Below are positions 28,291-38,078 of a stretch of DNA of 64,000 nucleotides, one piece after another; position 1 is the first letter of the stretch, and the number at the start of each line of letters is the position of its first letter. The stretch is from Nitrospiria bacterium (GTDB taxonomy: Bacteria; Nitrospirota; RBG-16-64-22). Under the pieces are notes generated by a model. The model saw only the letters and a program-made list of their open reading frames with translations. It ran no database searches and had not been told where the DNA came from. A program made the position numbers and the translations under genes. The stretch spans positions 3,175 through 67,174 of the forward strand of contig CAKKSE010000024.1 of NCBI GenBank assembly GCA_919903025.1. The letters run 5' to 3'.

Positions 28291-31200
28291 GACCCCGGCT
28301 TCTCACGCGGCACGATCTCCACGGAGTCCACCCAGAGCGACCCGGAACCAAGGTACTTGACGCGTAAATCTATTGGGGTTGTATCCCCGAGATCGAACGG
28401 GACATTCACATCCTGATAGCCCATTTTCTTCGTGAAATCGAGGGGATATACTACAGCCTCTCCGAGCAATTTTCTACCGAAATCTGTGGCCGCTTCCAAG
28501 ACCGCGATCTTCCCCCCCCCGGATGATCCCTCCCACCTGAGCCGGAAGCGCGCGTTGTAGCGGCCCGCAGAAACGAGACGGTACGGTCCGTACATCACGT
28601 AGATCGGCGGGTTGAGCTCGGAGGCTGCATGGACGGCCCTACCGCCGCCGGCCTCCGCCTCGGAAACAACCCTCCCCGTCTGCCTAAAGAGATCCTCGGC
28701 CTCGAACCTCCACGGCCTGTCGGGAACATCCGCGAAACTCACGATGACAGCGTCGATCCGGATTTTTCCAGTCCCAGCGTAGTGTGTCCTGAACTCAAGC
28801 GGCGTAGGTCCATCCACGCGAACGCGGAGTTCGATCGGATCATACCCACTTCCATTCCCGCCGCCCTCGATGTCCCTTTGCGCAAGAATCCTTTTCCCCT
28901 GATCGGTAGAGACCTCCACCTTCCCGACCGGCCCCGGCTGTCCTCCCGCGCCTCCCCGGGCGAGGAAACGAACCCGATACTCTCCAGTTGGATAGACCTG
29001 TTCCGGTCCGAAAGTGAGAAACCCCGGCGGATCGCCGCTTTCGGCCTGCACCGCCCTGCCCCCTGATGCCTTCGGATCCTCGATGACTGTTCCAACCTTC
29101 CGGGGGAGGCGCTCGGCTTCGTACAGCTTCGCCACCGGCGAGGCCTCCTTGAATTCCTGCAGAATCGACGGCTTCTCGTCTTTAACGCGGTAGAGAGACG
29201 CGTTGCCATCCGAAGTCAGAAACTCGAGATACGGGGAGCGGGCAAGGCGCGCGTTCGTTAGGGACGGAGGAAACGGAGAGATTTTCTCCGGAAACGCCTC
29301 TTCGTGCATCACCACGAACCGGATGCCGTTCCTCCGCATGAACTCGTACTGCGGCTCCCGCACTTCCCCAAAGTCCATGGGGTACAAAGGCTTAAAAACC
29401 TTCTCTACGTATTCCCTCGACGTGGCCGGCGAGTAACCGTTCACCATCCGGTAGCGGTATCGGGTCACGTAGTATTGGTAGATCGACGACCAGGCCGTCA
29501 CCCCGGGCCAGATCGGAAGCTCGAGAACAACGTCAGACGGGGTCATTTCCCTGGCCAGCCGGTCGTACACCGCACTGCGGTCCGGAAGCGCCGTAATCCC
29601 CATGGCGTTCCGGGGGGCATAATCCGCGACGATCAAGACCGCCGCCCCGACCGCCAGAACGCTTCTTGACCACCCCTTGGCAAGCCTGGCGCGGAGGATC
29701 TCCACTCCGAAGGCAACCAAGAACCCCAGGGCAAGTGACGCCAAAAGGATGTACCGGCCCGCAACACGCGGGTAATTGAAGAAGGGCAAGACCTTGAACA
29801 GTCCATGGTAGAGGGGAAACGCGTCCAGATGCGGACCCACGGCGAGCAGAACGGCCAGCGCGAACACGACCGCGAAAAAGAAGACGCGGCCGCGCCATTC
29901 CTCGTTTTCATGCTTCCGGCCCAGAAAAAGACCCAGGCAGGCAAGGAGCACAGCAACCGTGCCCACGTACACGAATCTTTCCGCGTTTTCGTGAGTGGAC
30001 GCGAACAGGTCGCTCACACGGGGAGAGAAGAGCCTCACCTCGGCCATGCCCCGGCCGCCGCCCGCCACCGAAGGCCCGAATACCCACTTCTTGATGCCGA
30101 TGAGAAAACCGAACGTCAGTCCGTAGAACAGGACTTGAAGGCCCAAAGGCCCCAATCGAGATGCTGCGTTCGCTTTCCAGTCCTCTCGAAGCCTAAGGGA
30201 TCGGAAGAGATCCAAAACCGAAAAGACGAGAAGTCCCGCCGCACCCACCGCCGCCGCGATGCCGAGATTGCGTCCCCAGGCCGGCAGTCCGGCCCACTGT
30301 CCCACCGGATAGAGCGACAAGATGACCAGAGGAGCAATCGGGAGCGCCATACGCCGGACAAAGCGGGCTGGATCGGCCGACGTATGGGGAAGGAGTGCCC
30401 GGACCACGAGGCGCCAGGATCCCCAAATGAGAAGGCCTCCCAGGAAGGAGGCCAGAAACCAGTTCCCGATACTCACAGTCGCCATCATGGATCTGAGCCC
30501 GCCGAAAATCGTCATGGCCGCGCTCGCGCCTGCCGCAAAGACGACCGCGTCGGCCGCGCCGATCGGCGGCGGAAAGCGTTCATCCGCAGGGCGGACCGGG
30601 GCCAGCCATGCGGACAAAGGCCGAAGAAGGCGGAAGGGAAGGTAGATCCCCATGAGGAGCGTCAGGTAGTAGACAAGGTGGAACTCCATGGCTCCAGTCA
30701 TGAAAAAAGTAACACCCGCCGCGAGACCGTAGGCCAGCCACCGCTCCCCACGGATGGATCGTTCGAACAGATAGAGGTAGAGCGGAATCAGAAAAAAAAG
30801 AAACCCGTTGGCGTGGCCGGCCAACTGAGCCACACGGTAAGGAAAAAGACCAACCACGAGACATCCAAGGAAAGCGGCCCACCGGTCCGCGGTGTCCAGC
30901 CGGAACAGCAGGTAGGCAGAAAGCCCGCTCAAGATAAACGAGAGTATGGTGAGCATATTGTACGCCGCCACGTCTCCCGCGATCGAAAGGACGGCGAACA
31001 AAACGGGAAGCAAGGAGATCTGAAAAAGAAACTCCCGATGGCCGCCGTACTGGAACTGATAGGGATCAATGAAGATAGACCGGCCGCTCAGGACGCTGTC
31101 CTTGAAAAGCCACAAGTGATAGAAGAGATGCAGGTGATCTCCCTGCTCCAGCGGAACCCGCTCGTACCCTTCGATGGGGTGATGAGTGTAGAGAATATCG

Positions 31201-31304
31201 GTGGAGAAGTGTCTGGCCAGGGGGTACGTGAAGGCGATCCCCGCGACGAGCATGATGGCCGCGACAACCGCGATTTCCCTGGCGCGAACCGTCTGTATCT
31301 TCAT
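28287..31304 (-). CDS. Large polytopic membrane protein (GT-C-like) with two tandem C-terminal beta-domain repeats
   Basis: About 600 aa with many TM helices (EQGDHLHLFYHLWLF...). C-terminal twin repeats of about 120 aa: GGRAVQAESGDPPGFLTFGPEQVYPTGEYRVRFLARG... and GGRAVHAASELNPPIYVMYGPYRLVSAGRYNARFRLRW.... ATGA overlaps at both ends. Confidence 0.65.
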   Translation of the reverse strand: MKIQTVRAREIAVVAAIMLVAGIAFTYPLARHFSTDILYTHHPIEGYERVPLEQGDHLHLFYHLWLFKDSVLSGRSIFIDPYQFQYGGHREFLFQISLLPVLFAVLSIAGDVAAYNMLTILSFILSGLSAYLLFRLDTADRWAAFLGCLVVGLFPYRVAQLAGHANGFLFFLIPLYLYLFERSIRGERWLAYGLAAGVTFFMTGAMEFHLVYYLTLLMGIYLPFRLLRPLSAWLAPVRPADERFPPPIGAADAVVFAAGASAAMTIFGGLRSMMATVSIGNWFLASFLGGLLIWGSWRLVVRALLPHTSADPARFVRRMALPIAPLVILSLYPVGQWAGLPAWGRNLGIAAAVGAAGLLVFSVLDLFRSLRLREDWKANAASRLGPLGLQVLFYGLTFGFLIGIKKWVFGPSVAGGGRGMAEVRLFSPRVSDLFASTHENAERFVYVGTVAVLLACLGLFLGRKHENEEWRGRVFFFAVVFALAVLLAVGPHLDAFPLYHGLFKVLPFFNYPRVAGRYILLASLALGFLVAFGVEILRARLAKGWSRSVLAVGAAVLIVADYAPRNAMGITALPDRSAVYDRLAREMTPSDVVLELPIWPGVTAWSSIYQYYVTRYRYRMVNGYSPATSREYVEKVFKPLYPMDFGEVREPQYEFMRRNGIRFVVMHEEAFPEKISPFPPSLTNARLARSPYLEFLTSDGNASLYRVKDEKPSILQEFKEASPVAKLYEAERLPRKVGTVIEDPKASGGRAVQAESGDPPGFLTFGPEQVYPTGEYRVRFLARGGAGGQPGPVGKVEVSTDQGKRILAQRDIEGGGNGSGYDPIELRVRVDGPTPLEFRTHYAGTGKIRIDAVIVSFADVPDRPWRFEAEDLFRQTGRVVSEAEAGGGRAVHAASELNPPIYVMYGPYRLVSAGRYNARFRLRWEGSSGGGKIAVLEAATDFGRKLLGEAVVYPLDFTKKMGYQDVNVPFDLGDTTPIDLRVKYLGSGSLWVDSVEIVPREKPGS

Positions 31305-34300
31305 GGCTTCGGAGAGACAACCTCCAGAAACCCGATCTGGACCGCTCGATCACGGACTGGAAGTGTGGTCCTAGACACCTCCTCCCGAACACCGCCCCCT
31401 CGCGGATCCCAAATCCCGAGGTAGACCGCATGCCTTCCCATGGCCGCGCCTGGCGGAATGCGAACGATCCGATCGTATCGGACGACTTCTCCCTTCATCC
31501 AGGCTCCGGTCCCGACATCTTCACGGCGCGGTCTGTGATCGTCCTGAAACCCGCCGCCCGGCGACTCGAAGTGAACGAACACGTCCGCATCCCGCACGAG
31601 CGGCTCGATGCATTTCCAATAGTATGCAACCTTGACGTCCTCACCAGGCCGGGCGCTGGACGGGGAAACCGTCCACCCCAGAAACTGCAGCCGTCCGCCG
31701 AAAACAGCCTCTGCCATGCGCTGTGGACTGATCTCCTCCTTACGGCGAAGAAGGCGGTCCCGCGCCGCCGTAGAAACCCCCGAAAAACCGAGTCCCTCGA
31801 TCCTGGAGATCGCCTCTCCGTGGTAAGGAATTAGATCAAGGAGTCTCAGATACTCCCCCACGGCCTCGCTCTTCTTCCCGGTTGCTTCGTACAAACGGGC
31901 AAGTTCCAGGAGCCAATCCGAGCCCCCCCCCAACGGAGGAGAGATCTCATTGAGGGCCGCCAATGCCTCGCCCAGGCGTCCTTGCCGGAAGAGAACGCGG
32001 CTTCGCTCGATCTGGACTTCAGCCAAGTAAGCCGCAATCGACGGGCCGAGTTGCGGCTCGATTTCGATTCCCTCGACCCAGACATGGGCAGGGCGAAGTA
32101 CCTTCACACGGAACTCCAGCGGGCGGTCTGTGCGGTCGTTGAAGAAATCAAGTGAAACGCGTTGCGGTCCCCCCGACTCTTCGGCACTGACCTCTCGTTG
32201 GACCAGAACCCGCCCGTTGTAGACGTCGAGACGGAGGACCGGGTTGTCCGCCTCCCTCGCCGATCCGGAGGCTTTCGTGGTCTGAAGACGGAAAACGGCG
32301 CGATACGCCCCGCGAGGATAGTAGTCGTACGGCCCAAAGAGGAGAAACCCTGGTTTGTCCCGAACGGGGTCGAAACGGCGGACGGACCCGAGGACTTCAC
32401 CGGACCCCTCCAAGCTGTGCAGGTCCGCCGCACGGTATCGGACGGTCCTCGTCGCCAGGAAGAGGTCCGGATCAACTCCCCAAGTCGACGCGAAGGCCGA
32501 CTTCCATATTTCCGATCCATCTCCCGCCTGGACGATCCTCCGATAGGCCGCGCCCGCTTCTCCCGCCCACATCGGAACGGCGTCAAACAACCTCGCCGCC
32601 TTCTCCGACTCGCCAGCCCGGCTGTAGGCAACGGCGAGGAGCCATTTCGCTTCCGGATGCCTTCGCGCCCCGACTGCATCAAGAAATGGAATTGCGTCGC
32701 GGGCCAAACCGCCCTCAAGAAGACGAGACCCAATCTCGAACGCGTCAGCCGCCAGTTCGACCGAGACTTCCGCATGCGCGACAATCCGCACGCGGGAGAC
32801 GAATCGCTCATACGGCTCCTTTGCCGGCTTCCGCAGAAACTCGGCCGACAAGAGATCGTCATCTCTGAGAGACCCCCAGACGGGAAGCGGCCGCCGGGGC
32901 CTCACGAGAAAGTGCCGAATTTCGCCCGATCGGAGGACAAGCCGGTCGCGGGCCAGCCCGGACTCGATTCGGACGGAGTTCGGGCGTTCGCCGTTCCGCA
33001 GGATGACCAGTACGGACTCGATCGGACCACGGGACACGAGCACCCTTTCGAACGGGCGATCCGGGCCTGCGTGCCCCCCCAGGCTCGATGTCTCGTAAAT
33101 CGATCCGTCCAGGAACACGACGTCAGAAGCGTTTTGGGGACCGGCCGACGGCCTGGGAATCCATGGACCACGCCCCGGGACCGCTCCCTTGGAGTTCCGC
33201 AAAGCGTAGATCTGGATCTTCGGGTTCGTCCATCCAGTTGCCGGCAGGTCGAAGGTTTTGAGAAGAACAGCCTTGCTCTCAAGGTCCCGGTAGAACCGGG
33301 ACTCCGGATGGTGTTCCGGAGCGAACAAATAGCGCATGTACCAGAAACTGCTCGTAACGTAATACTCAGCCCGCTTCCGGGCCTCGTCGAGCCCCACATC
33401 CGCGAGATTTTTTTCGATCCCGTAGAGTTCGCCGGTCACCGGCGGATTGTATCGATCGAACCCGATCGTCGCCCCGATCGGCAGGTTCCGCCGAATCCAG
33501 TCAGCGGCCACCTGCCTGTTGTCGCGTTGCCAGAAGAGATAGTCCATCAGGAGAGTCGGGCGGCCGAGCTCGAAAACGGCGACCATTAGGAGTATCCCAT
33601 ACGCCGCCCATCCGATCCTCCCCCGCCGGGCCAGCGTTCCCGCCCCCGCCCCCGCCGCCAGCGCCACGAATGGAAGGAGCGGCAGGGTATCGCGGATCCG
33701 GAAGTGCCGAACGGCCACGGCCACGATAACGAAATAAACGGGCACAAACGAAAGGATCGCCGAAAGACGCCGGTTTCTCGTCCAGAGGATCCAGACGACA
33801 CCGATGGCTCCGGCGACAATCCCCGTCCACCCCAAGGCCGCCAGCGTGCTCTCGAACCCCGCCCTCCAGTTCTCCGGGTTCACGTAGGTCAGCTCGACCG
33901 TCTCCGCGCTCTCTCGCAGCGAACCCCGCATCAGGACGGAGGGAACCGTCAGCATGATCGGACCGAGCCGGCGCCACTCCAGAAAGAGGTAGGGCGATCC
34001 CGCGAACAGGCCCGCCGCCAATCCCGCGTGCAGAAAGAGGAGCCTCCGGTCCCAGAGAAACCGGCGGATCGGCAGACCCTCCCCGCGCGCCGCGGCCGCG
34101 TGCGCCGCCCACGCGACAACGTACAGAAAGACGGCGTTGTACTTCGTCTGCGTCGCGAGTCCGAGGAAGAATCCCATCAGGGCGTACGACCCGCCCGACC
34201 TCTTTTCCATTGCCGCGGCGGCCGCGAGCACGAACAGGGCCGACCAAAAAACCATGGTCGTGTCCGGCATGGCAAAGTGCGAATCGCGAACGTGGAGGGG

Positions 34301-34756
34301 ACTGAGCGCCAGGAGGATGGCTGCGGCGGCCGCGCCCGCCCGGTCCATGAGTCTTCGGCCCAGTCGGTACACGATCACAACGGTGCCCGCGCCGGCAACG
34401 GCCGACGTCGCGCGAGCCAAAAGCAAATATGTTTCGTGGCCGAATACCGGCACGGTCGAGGGACGAACCGGTCCCAGAATCGCGCTCACCCCCCCGGCGA
34501 TTCTCTCCGCCAGGAAAAAGACGAGTCCGAGGATGTACTGGAAAAAAGGCGGGTAGATCCCCTCCGGCCTCAGCGCGCCGCGGCTGAAGTCCGCGGCCAT
34601 CATCATCGTGTAGGCCTCGTCCTGATGGTACCCTTCCGGGAGACCGAATCCGATCCCCCAGAGCCGCAGGATCAGCGCAACGGCGCCGACCGCCGCTATC
34701 TCCCAGACTCCGTCGGACGGCTTGCGTGAAAGTAAAATCGGAGGGGATTCCGCCAT
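31301..34756 (-). CDS. GT39/ArnT-like GT-C glycosyltransferase fused to TPR repeats and C-terminal beta domains
   Basis: N-terminal PMT_2/ArnT-like region (EGYHQDEAYTMMMAADFSRG; FLGLATQTKYNAVF). Central TPR-like helices (ELARLYEATGKKSEAVGEYLRLLDLIPYHGEA). C-terminus has the same FGPYDYYPRGAYRAVFRLQ domain as the neighbouring gene. Confidence 0.7.
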   Translation of the reverse strand: MAESPPILLSRKPSDGVWEIAAVGAVALILRLWGIGFGLPEGYHQDEAYTMMMAADFSRGALRPEGIYPPFFQYILGLVFFLAERIAGGVSAILGPVRPSTVPVFGHETYLLLARATSAVAGAGTVVIVYRLGRRLMDRAGAAAAAILLALSPLHVRDSHFAMPDTTMVFWSALFVLAAAAAMEKRSGGSYALMGFFLGLATQTKYNAVFLYVVAWAAHAAAARGEGLPIRRFLWDRRLLFLHAGLAAGLFAGSPYLFLEWRRLGPIMLTVPSVLMRGSLRESAETVELTYVNPENWRAGFESTLAALGWTGIVAGAIGVVWILWTRNRRLSAILSFVPVYFVIVAVAVRHFRIRDTLPLLPFVALAAGAGAGTLARRGRIGWAAYGILLMVAVFELGRPTLLMDYLFWQRDNRQVAADWIRRNLPIGATIGFDRYNPPVTGELYGIEKNLADVGLDEARKRAEYYVTSSFWYMRYLFAPEHHPESRFYRDLESKAVLLKTFDLPATGWTNPKIQIYALRNSKGAVPGRGPWIPRPSAGPQNASDVVFLDGSIYETSSLGGHAGPDRPFERVLVSRGPIESVLVILRNGERPNSVRIESGLARDRLVLRSGEIRHFLVRPRRPLPVWGSLRDDDLLSAEFLRKPAKEPYERFVSRVRIVAHAEVSVELAADAFEIGSRLLEGGLARDAIPFLDAVGARRHPEAKWLLAVAYSRAGESEKAARLFDAVPMWAGEAGAAYRRIVQAGDGSEIWKSAFASTWGVDPDLFLATRTVRYRAADLHSLEGSGEVLGSVRRFDPVRDKPGFLLFGPYDYYPRGAYRAVFRLQTTKASGSAREADNPVLRLDVYNGRVLVQREVSAEESGGPQRVSLDFFNDRTDRPLEFRVKVLRPAHVWVEGIEIEPQLGPSIAAYLAEVQIERSRVLFRQGRLGEALAALNEISPPLGGGSDWLLELARLYEATGKKSEAVGEYLRLLDLIPYHGEAISRIEGLGFSGVSTAARDRLLRRKEEISPQRMAEAVFGGRLQFLGWTVSPSSARPGEDVKVAYYWKCIEPLVRDADVFVHFESPGGGFQDDHRPRREDVGTGAWMKGEVVRYDRIVRIPPGAAMGRHAVYLGIWDPRGGGVREEVSRTTLPVRDRAVQIGFLEVVSPKP

Positions 34757-34759
34757 GTG

Positions 34760-35155
34760 TCAGGAGTTCGAGGACAAGCTGTCCGGCCGGTCTCCCGGGA
34801 CGGCGGATTGGGCGCGGAACCGGCTCACTTCCTCGGAGAGAAGGGCAGACTCCTGCGCAAGGTCCTTGACCTGATCGGTCAGGCGGGAGATCTTGATCGA
34901 GAAGTGGAGGCTGATCAAGACAAGAAAGATGAGACCAAAGAGAAACAACGTGGTCGCCGGCCACACAACCCCGAGCAGCGACGTGAGCCTTTCGAGAAGC
35001 GGAAACCACAGCGCAAGAACAAGTATCCCGATCCCGGTCGCAAACCACAGCACGGAATACTCCTCGCGGAGTTTCCTCTTTCGAATCAGCTCGAGGATCG
35101 CAACGAGGATTCCCAGTCCGATCACCACAGCCAGGACTTGAACGCGAATATTCAC
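34760..35155 (-). CDS. DUF2304-family small membrane protein
   Basis: 131 aa, 3 TM helices, ELIRKRKLREEYSVLWF motif. Immediately downstream of a soluble GT2, a conserved pairing. Confidence 0.65.
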   Translation of the reverse strand: MNIRVQVLAVVIGLGILVAILELIRKRKLREEYSVLWFATGIGILVLALWFPLLERLTSLLGVVWPATTLFLFGLIFLVLISLHFSIKISRLTDQVKDLAQESALLSEEVSRFRAQSAVPGDRPDSLSSNS

Positions 35156-35158
35156 GGC

Positions 35159-35872
35159 TTATTCCCTCCTCGGCCGGGGGGCCTCCCGCAGGAGCGTTAC
35201 GAGTATGGAGAGGCTCACCTTGAAGACGTAGTATGCGGGCACGATCCCGTTGATGAACGAGCGGCCTCCCAGCCGCGGCCGCATCGAAACGGGAACCTCA
35301 CGAACGCGAAATCCCGCCCGCTTCATCAGAACGCGCAGGTCGGCGTCCTGGAAGTCCGTCGGATAGTCCATCTCCGCGAAGAACTTGAAAACGGGTCGCT
35401 TGAGGGCTCGAAAGCAGGACGTCGAGTCCGTCACGCGCTGCCCGGTCAGGATCGTCGCCAGTCCGTTGAAGAACAACATCCCGATGCTCCGCATCCTCGT
35501 CGGACGGTAGCCGCGGTCCTCCAGAAACCTCGATCCAATCGCCGCGTCAACGCCCTCATCCCCGAGGACCTGAAGGAGCGCAGGAACATCCCGCGGATCG
35601 TGCTGACCGTCCGCGTCGATCTGGATGACGACGTCATATCCGCGGCGGACTGCGTACCGGAATCCCGTCTGGGCCGCGGCGCCGGCCCCCAAGTTGACGG
35701 GATGGGAAACAACCCCCGCCCCGGCGGCGCGGGCCGTCTCCGCGGTTCGATCCCTCGATCCGTCGTTGATGACAAGGCAATCCACGCCCCCCGCGTAGTC
35801 CGACATCTCCCGGAGAACGACCGGCAGGTTCGCCTCTTCGTTGTAGGCCGGGATAATGGCCAGGACTTTCAT
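35159..35872 (-). CDS. GT2-family glycosyltransferase (polyprenyl-phosphate sugar synthase-like, DUF2304 partner)
   Basis: MKVLAIIPAYNEEANL, CLVINDGSRDRT, IQIDADGQHDP. Confidence 0.8.
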   Translation of the reverse strand: MKVLAIIPAYNEEANLPVVLREMSDYAGGVDCLVINDGSRDRTAETARAAGAGVVSHPVNLGAGAAAQTGFRYAVRRGYDVVIQIDADGQHDPRDVPALLQVLGDEGVDAAIGSRFLEDRGYRPTRMRSIGMLFFNGLATILTGQRVTDSTSCFRALKRPVFKFFAEMDYPTDFQDADLRVLMKRAGFRVREVPVSMRPRLGGRSFINGIVPAYYVFKVSLSILVTLLREAPRPRRE

Positions 35873-35897
35873 CGATCCCCCCCGCCCCTTCGGTCCG

Positions 35898-37013
35898 TCA
35901 TTCGCGGATTCGAACCACCCGGCAGCGCAAGCAGATGTTTTCTTCCGTCCGGGAATTCATCAGCGGCAAGGCGGCCCGACGCCCCTGGTTCGTCAACCTC
36001 CTCGAGAAGACGAAGGATTCGTTGTTCCAGACATCGGAAAACCCGGCCCTCGGACCCATGACCCCGAAATAGCTTCGGATATCCTCGTTATAGTAGCAGC
36101 AGGGCGATACGCTTCCGTCCCAGTTGATCACCCCCGCCCGGTACAACCATGCGCATCGACGCGGCTTCTTTTTGTGCTTTTCCTGCCTTGTCCGGTAGTC
36201 GTACATGCTGTAGCGTTCGTCCGCCGGGAGCCATTTTTCGAACTGCTCGTCGCTCGATGGATCGATCCCGACCGCTGTAAACCGAAACACGTCGACCCCC
36301 CATTCGGCCGCGAGCCGCCGCGCCTCCGCCATCTCGCGCTCGTTGTGCCGCATCACGATGAACTGCCACTCGATGACGGGCCGGCGCCGATTGAGCTTCC
36401 TCCGCGCTTCGATCACGGCCCTGAGGTTCTCCGTTGCGCGCGCGAAATCGCCCCCCACGCGGTACACGGCGTACGTCTCCGGCGTCGTTCCGTCGATCGA
36501 GACCGTCAGGTGTTCCAGCCCGGACTCCACGATCCGTTCGGCGTCTCCAGGCTTGAGGACCGTCAGGTTGCTGGTCACCGAGACCCCGACCCCTTTCTCC
36601 GCCGCGTACGAGATCATACCGTAAATCCCCGGAAGGAGAAACGGCTCGCCCCATCCGTACAGGAGGACCTGAAAACAATACGGCCCCAGTTCATCGATGA
36701 CTTGGCGAAACAGCCCCTCGTCCATCGCCCCCGACGGGTTGTCCCCCGCCGCCAGGCCGACCTTCCACATTCTGGTTCCGGATCCCGTGTGGCAGAGCGG
36801 ACATCGCAGATTGCACTTGTTCGTCGGGTAGACCTTCAATACGTAAGGATAACCCCGAACCACCTCACGGCCGATCAACCGATCGAACTCGACGCGAATG
36901 AGATTGCCCAGCCTTCGAACGGTCAGATGACGGAGGAAGGCCCGCAAGAAATTGAGAAGCCTTCGCGACTCCCCGACGATCCCGAAACGAAACGCGAACC
37001 CCGATACTGCCAT
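35898..37013 (-). CDS. Radical SAM protein with SPASM domain #3
   Basis: YPTNKCNLRCPLCHTG (CX3CX2C); C-terminal CAWLYRAGVINWDGSVSPCCYYNE...CLRCRV. Confidence 0.8.
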   Translation of the reverse strand: MAVSGFAFRFGIVGESRRLLNFLRAFLRHLTVRRLGNLIRVEFDRLIGREVVRGYPYVLKVYPTNKCNLRCPLCHTGSGTRMWKVGLAAGDNPSGAMDEGLFRQVIDELGPYCFQVLLYGWGEPFLLPGIYGMISYAAEKGVGVSVTSNLTVLKPGDAERIVESGLEHLTVSIDGTTPETYAVYRVGGDFARATENLRAVIEARRKLNRRRPVIEWQFIVMRHNEREMAEARRLAAEWGVDVFRFTAVGIDPSSDEQFEKWLPADERYSMYDYRTRQEKHKKKPRRCAWLYRAGVINWDGSVSPCCYYNEDIRSYFGVMGPRAGFSDVWNNESFVFSRRLTNQGRRAALPLMNSRTEENICLRCRVVRIRE

Positions 37014-37049
37014 TTTTATTGACCGCCTTCCGAAGGCATGAACATTCGC

Positions 37050-38078
37050 TCAGTCGCGGAATGTAAGGGCCGTGAGCGGAATCCGGAACCGGCAAAACCA
37101 TTCTCCGATGGTCGTCCATCCGGCCGCCCGCCGGTCCCAAACGTCCCTGCGGTCTCGGATCAGCATGGAGACCGCCACCCCAAGACCCGCGCCGTAGGCT
37201 CTCACGACAGCCGCGACGAGCCGCCAGGACGAAGAGGATTCAACGAACCGCGCTCCCGCCCCGCGGCCCAGGGCGATTCCCAGCATGTGGAAGAAATATC
37301 GAAGCAGCGTCGATGCGGGACTCGCGAGGAGAAGCGGCCATGGAAGGATCTTGCAGGCCAGCCAAAAGCGATTCCGTTCGACAAGGAAAACCTTACGAGC
37401 CGTGTAGGCTCCCGTCGTTCCCGAATAGTGATGATACACGACGCCGGCCGGGGAATAAAGGCATCTCCAGCCGCGAAGGCGGGCTCGCAGACCGAGATCG
37501 GCGTCCTCGCAGTAGGCAAAAAACCTTTCGTCGAACAGGCCGACGTCTTCCAGCATATGCCGGCTATAGAGAGCGGCGCACGCACTCGGGAACAGGACTT
37601 CTTCGGCGCGTTCGTACTGTCCGGCGTCCTCTTCGAGCCGCCCTCGACCCCGGGATGATCCGTCCAGGAATATCTGGTGTCCGACTGAGTCGATAAACCT
37701 GGAATCTTCCATGACGAGGATCTTCGAGGCGACCATTCCGACCCGCTGATCCGTCTCGGCCGTGGCGACAAGACCCTCGATCCACCCCGGATCGGTCCTC
37801 GTGTCGTTGTTGAGCGTGGCGACGAACCGGCCCTTCGTCGCGCGAATCCCCTGGTTGTTCGCGGCCGCGAACCCCGTGTTCTCCCGGTTGAAGATGACCC
37901 GGCGGCTCGGCCCTTCCCATTGCCGAAGGAACTCCACGGACCCGTCCGACGAGCCGTTGTCGACCACGACGACCTCGAAGTCTCCGTATCGCTGGCGATC
38001 GAGACTTTCAAGGCATGTGTCGAGAAACGCCAGACCGTTCCAGTTCACGACGATCACGGCGACCGCAGGGGGCCTCAT
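37050..38078 (-). CDS. GT2-family glycosyltransferase
   Basis: Trimmed to MRPPAVAVIVVNWNG. VVVVDNGSSDGS; FFAYCEDADLGLR (ED/DXD); C-terminal TM. Confidence 0.8.
   Translation of the reverse strand: MRPPAVAVIVVNWNGLAFLDTCLESLDRQRYGDFEVVVVDNGSSDGSVEFLRQWEGPSRRVIFNRENTGFAAANNQGIRATKGRFVATLNNDTRTDPGWIEGLVATAETDQRVGMVASKILVMEDSRFIDSVGHQIFLDGSSRGRGRLEEDAGQYERAEEVLFPSACAALYSRHMLEDVGLFDERFFAYCEDADLGLRARLRGWRCLYSPAGVVYHHYSGTTGAYTARKVFLVERNRFWLACKILPWPLLLASPASTLLRYFFHMLGIALGRGAGARFVESSSSWRLVAAVVRAYGAGLGVAVSMLIRDRRDVWDRRAAGWTTIGEWFCRFRIPLTALTFRD

Noticed and set aside
13630-37013. Interpretation of the SPASM enzymes as anaerobic sulfatase-maturating enzymes
   Set aside because: No sulfatase (Cys/Ser-type, C/S-X-P-X-R motif) gene is visible anywhere in the window. 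Their context is exclusively carbohydrate-active enzymes.
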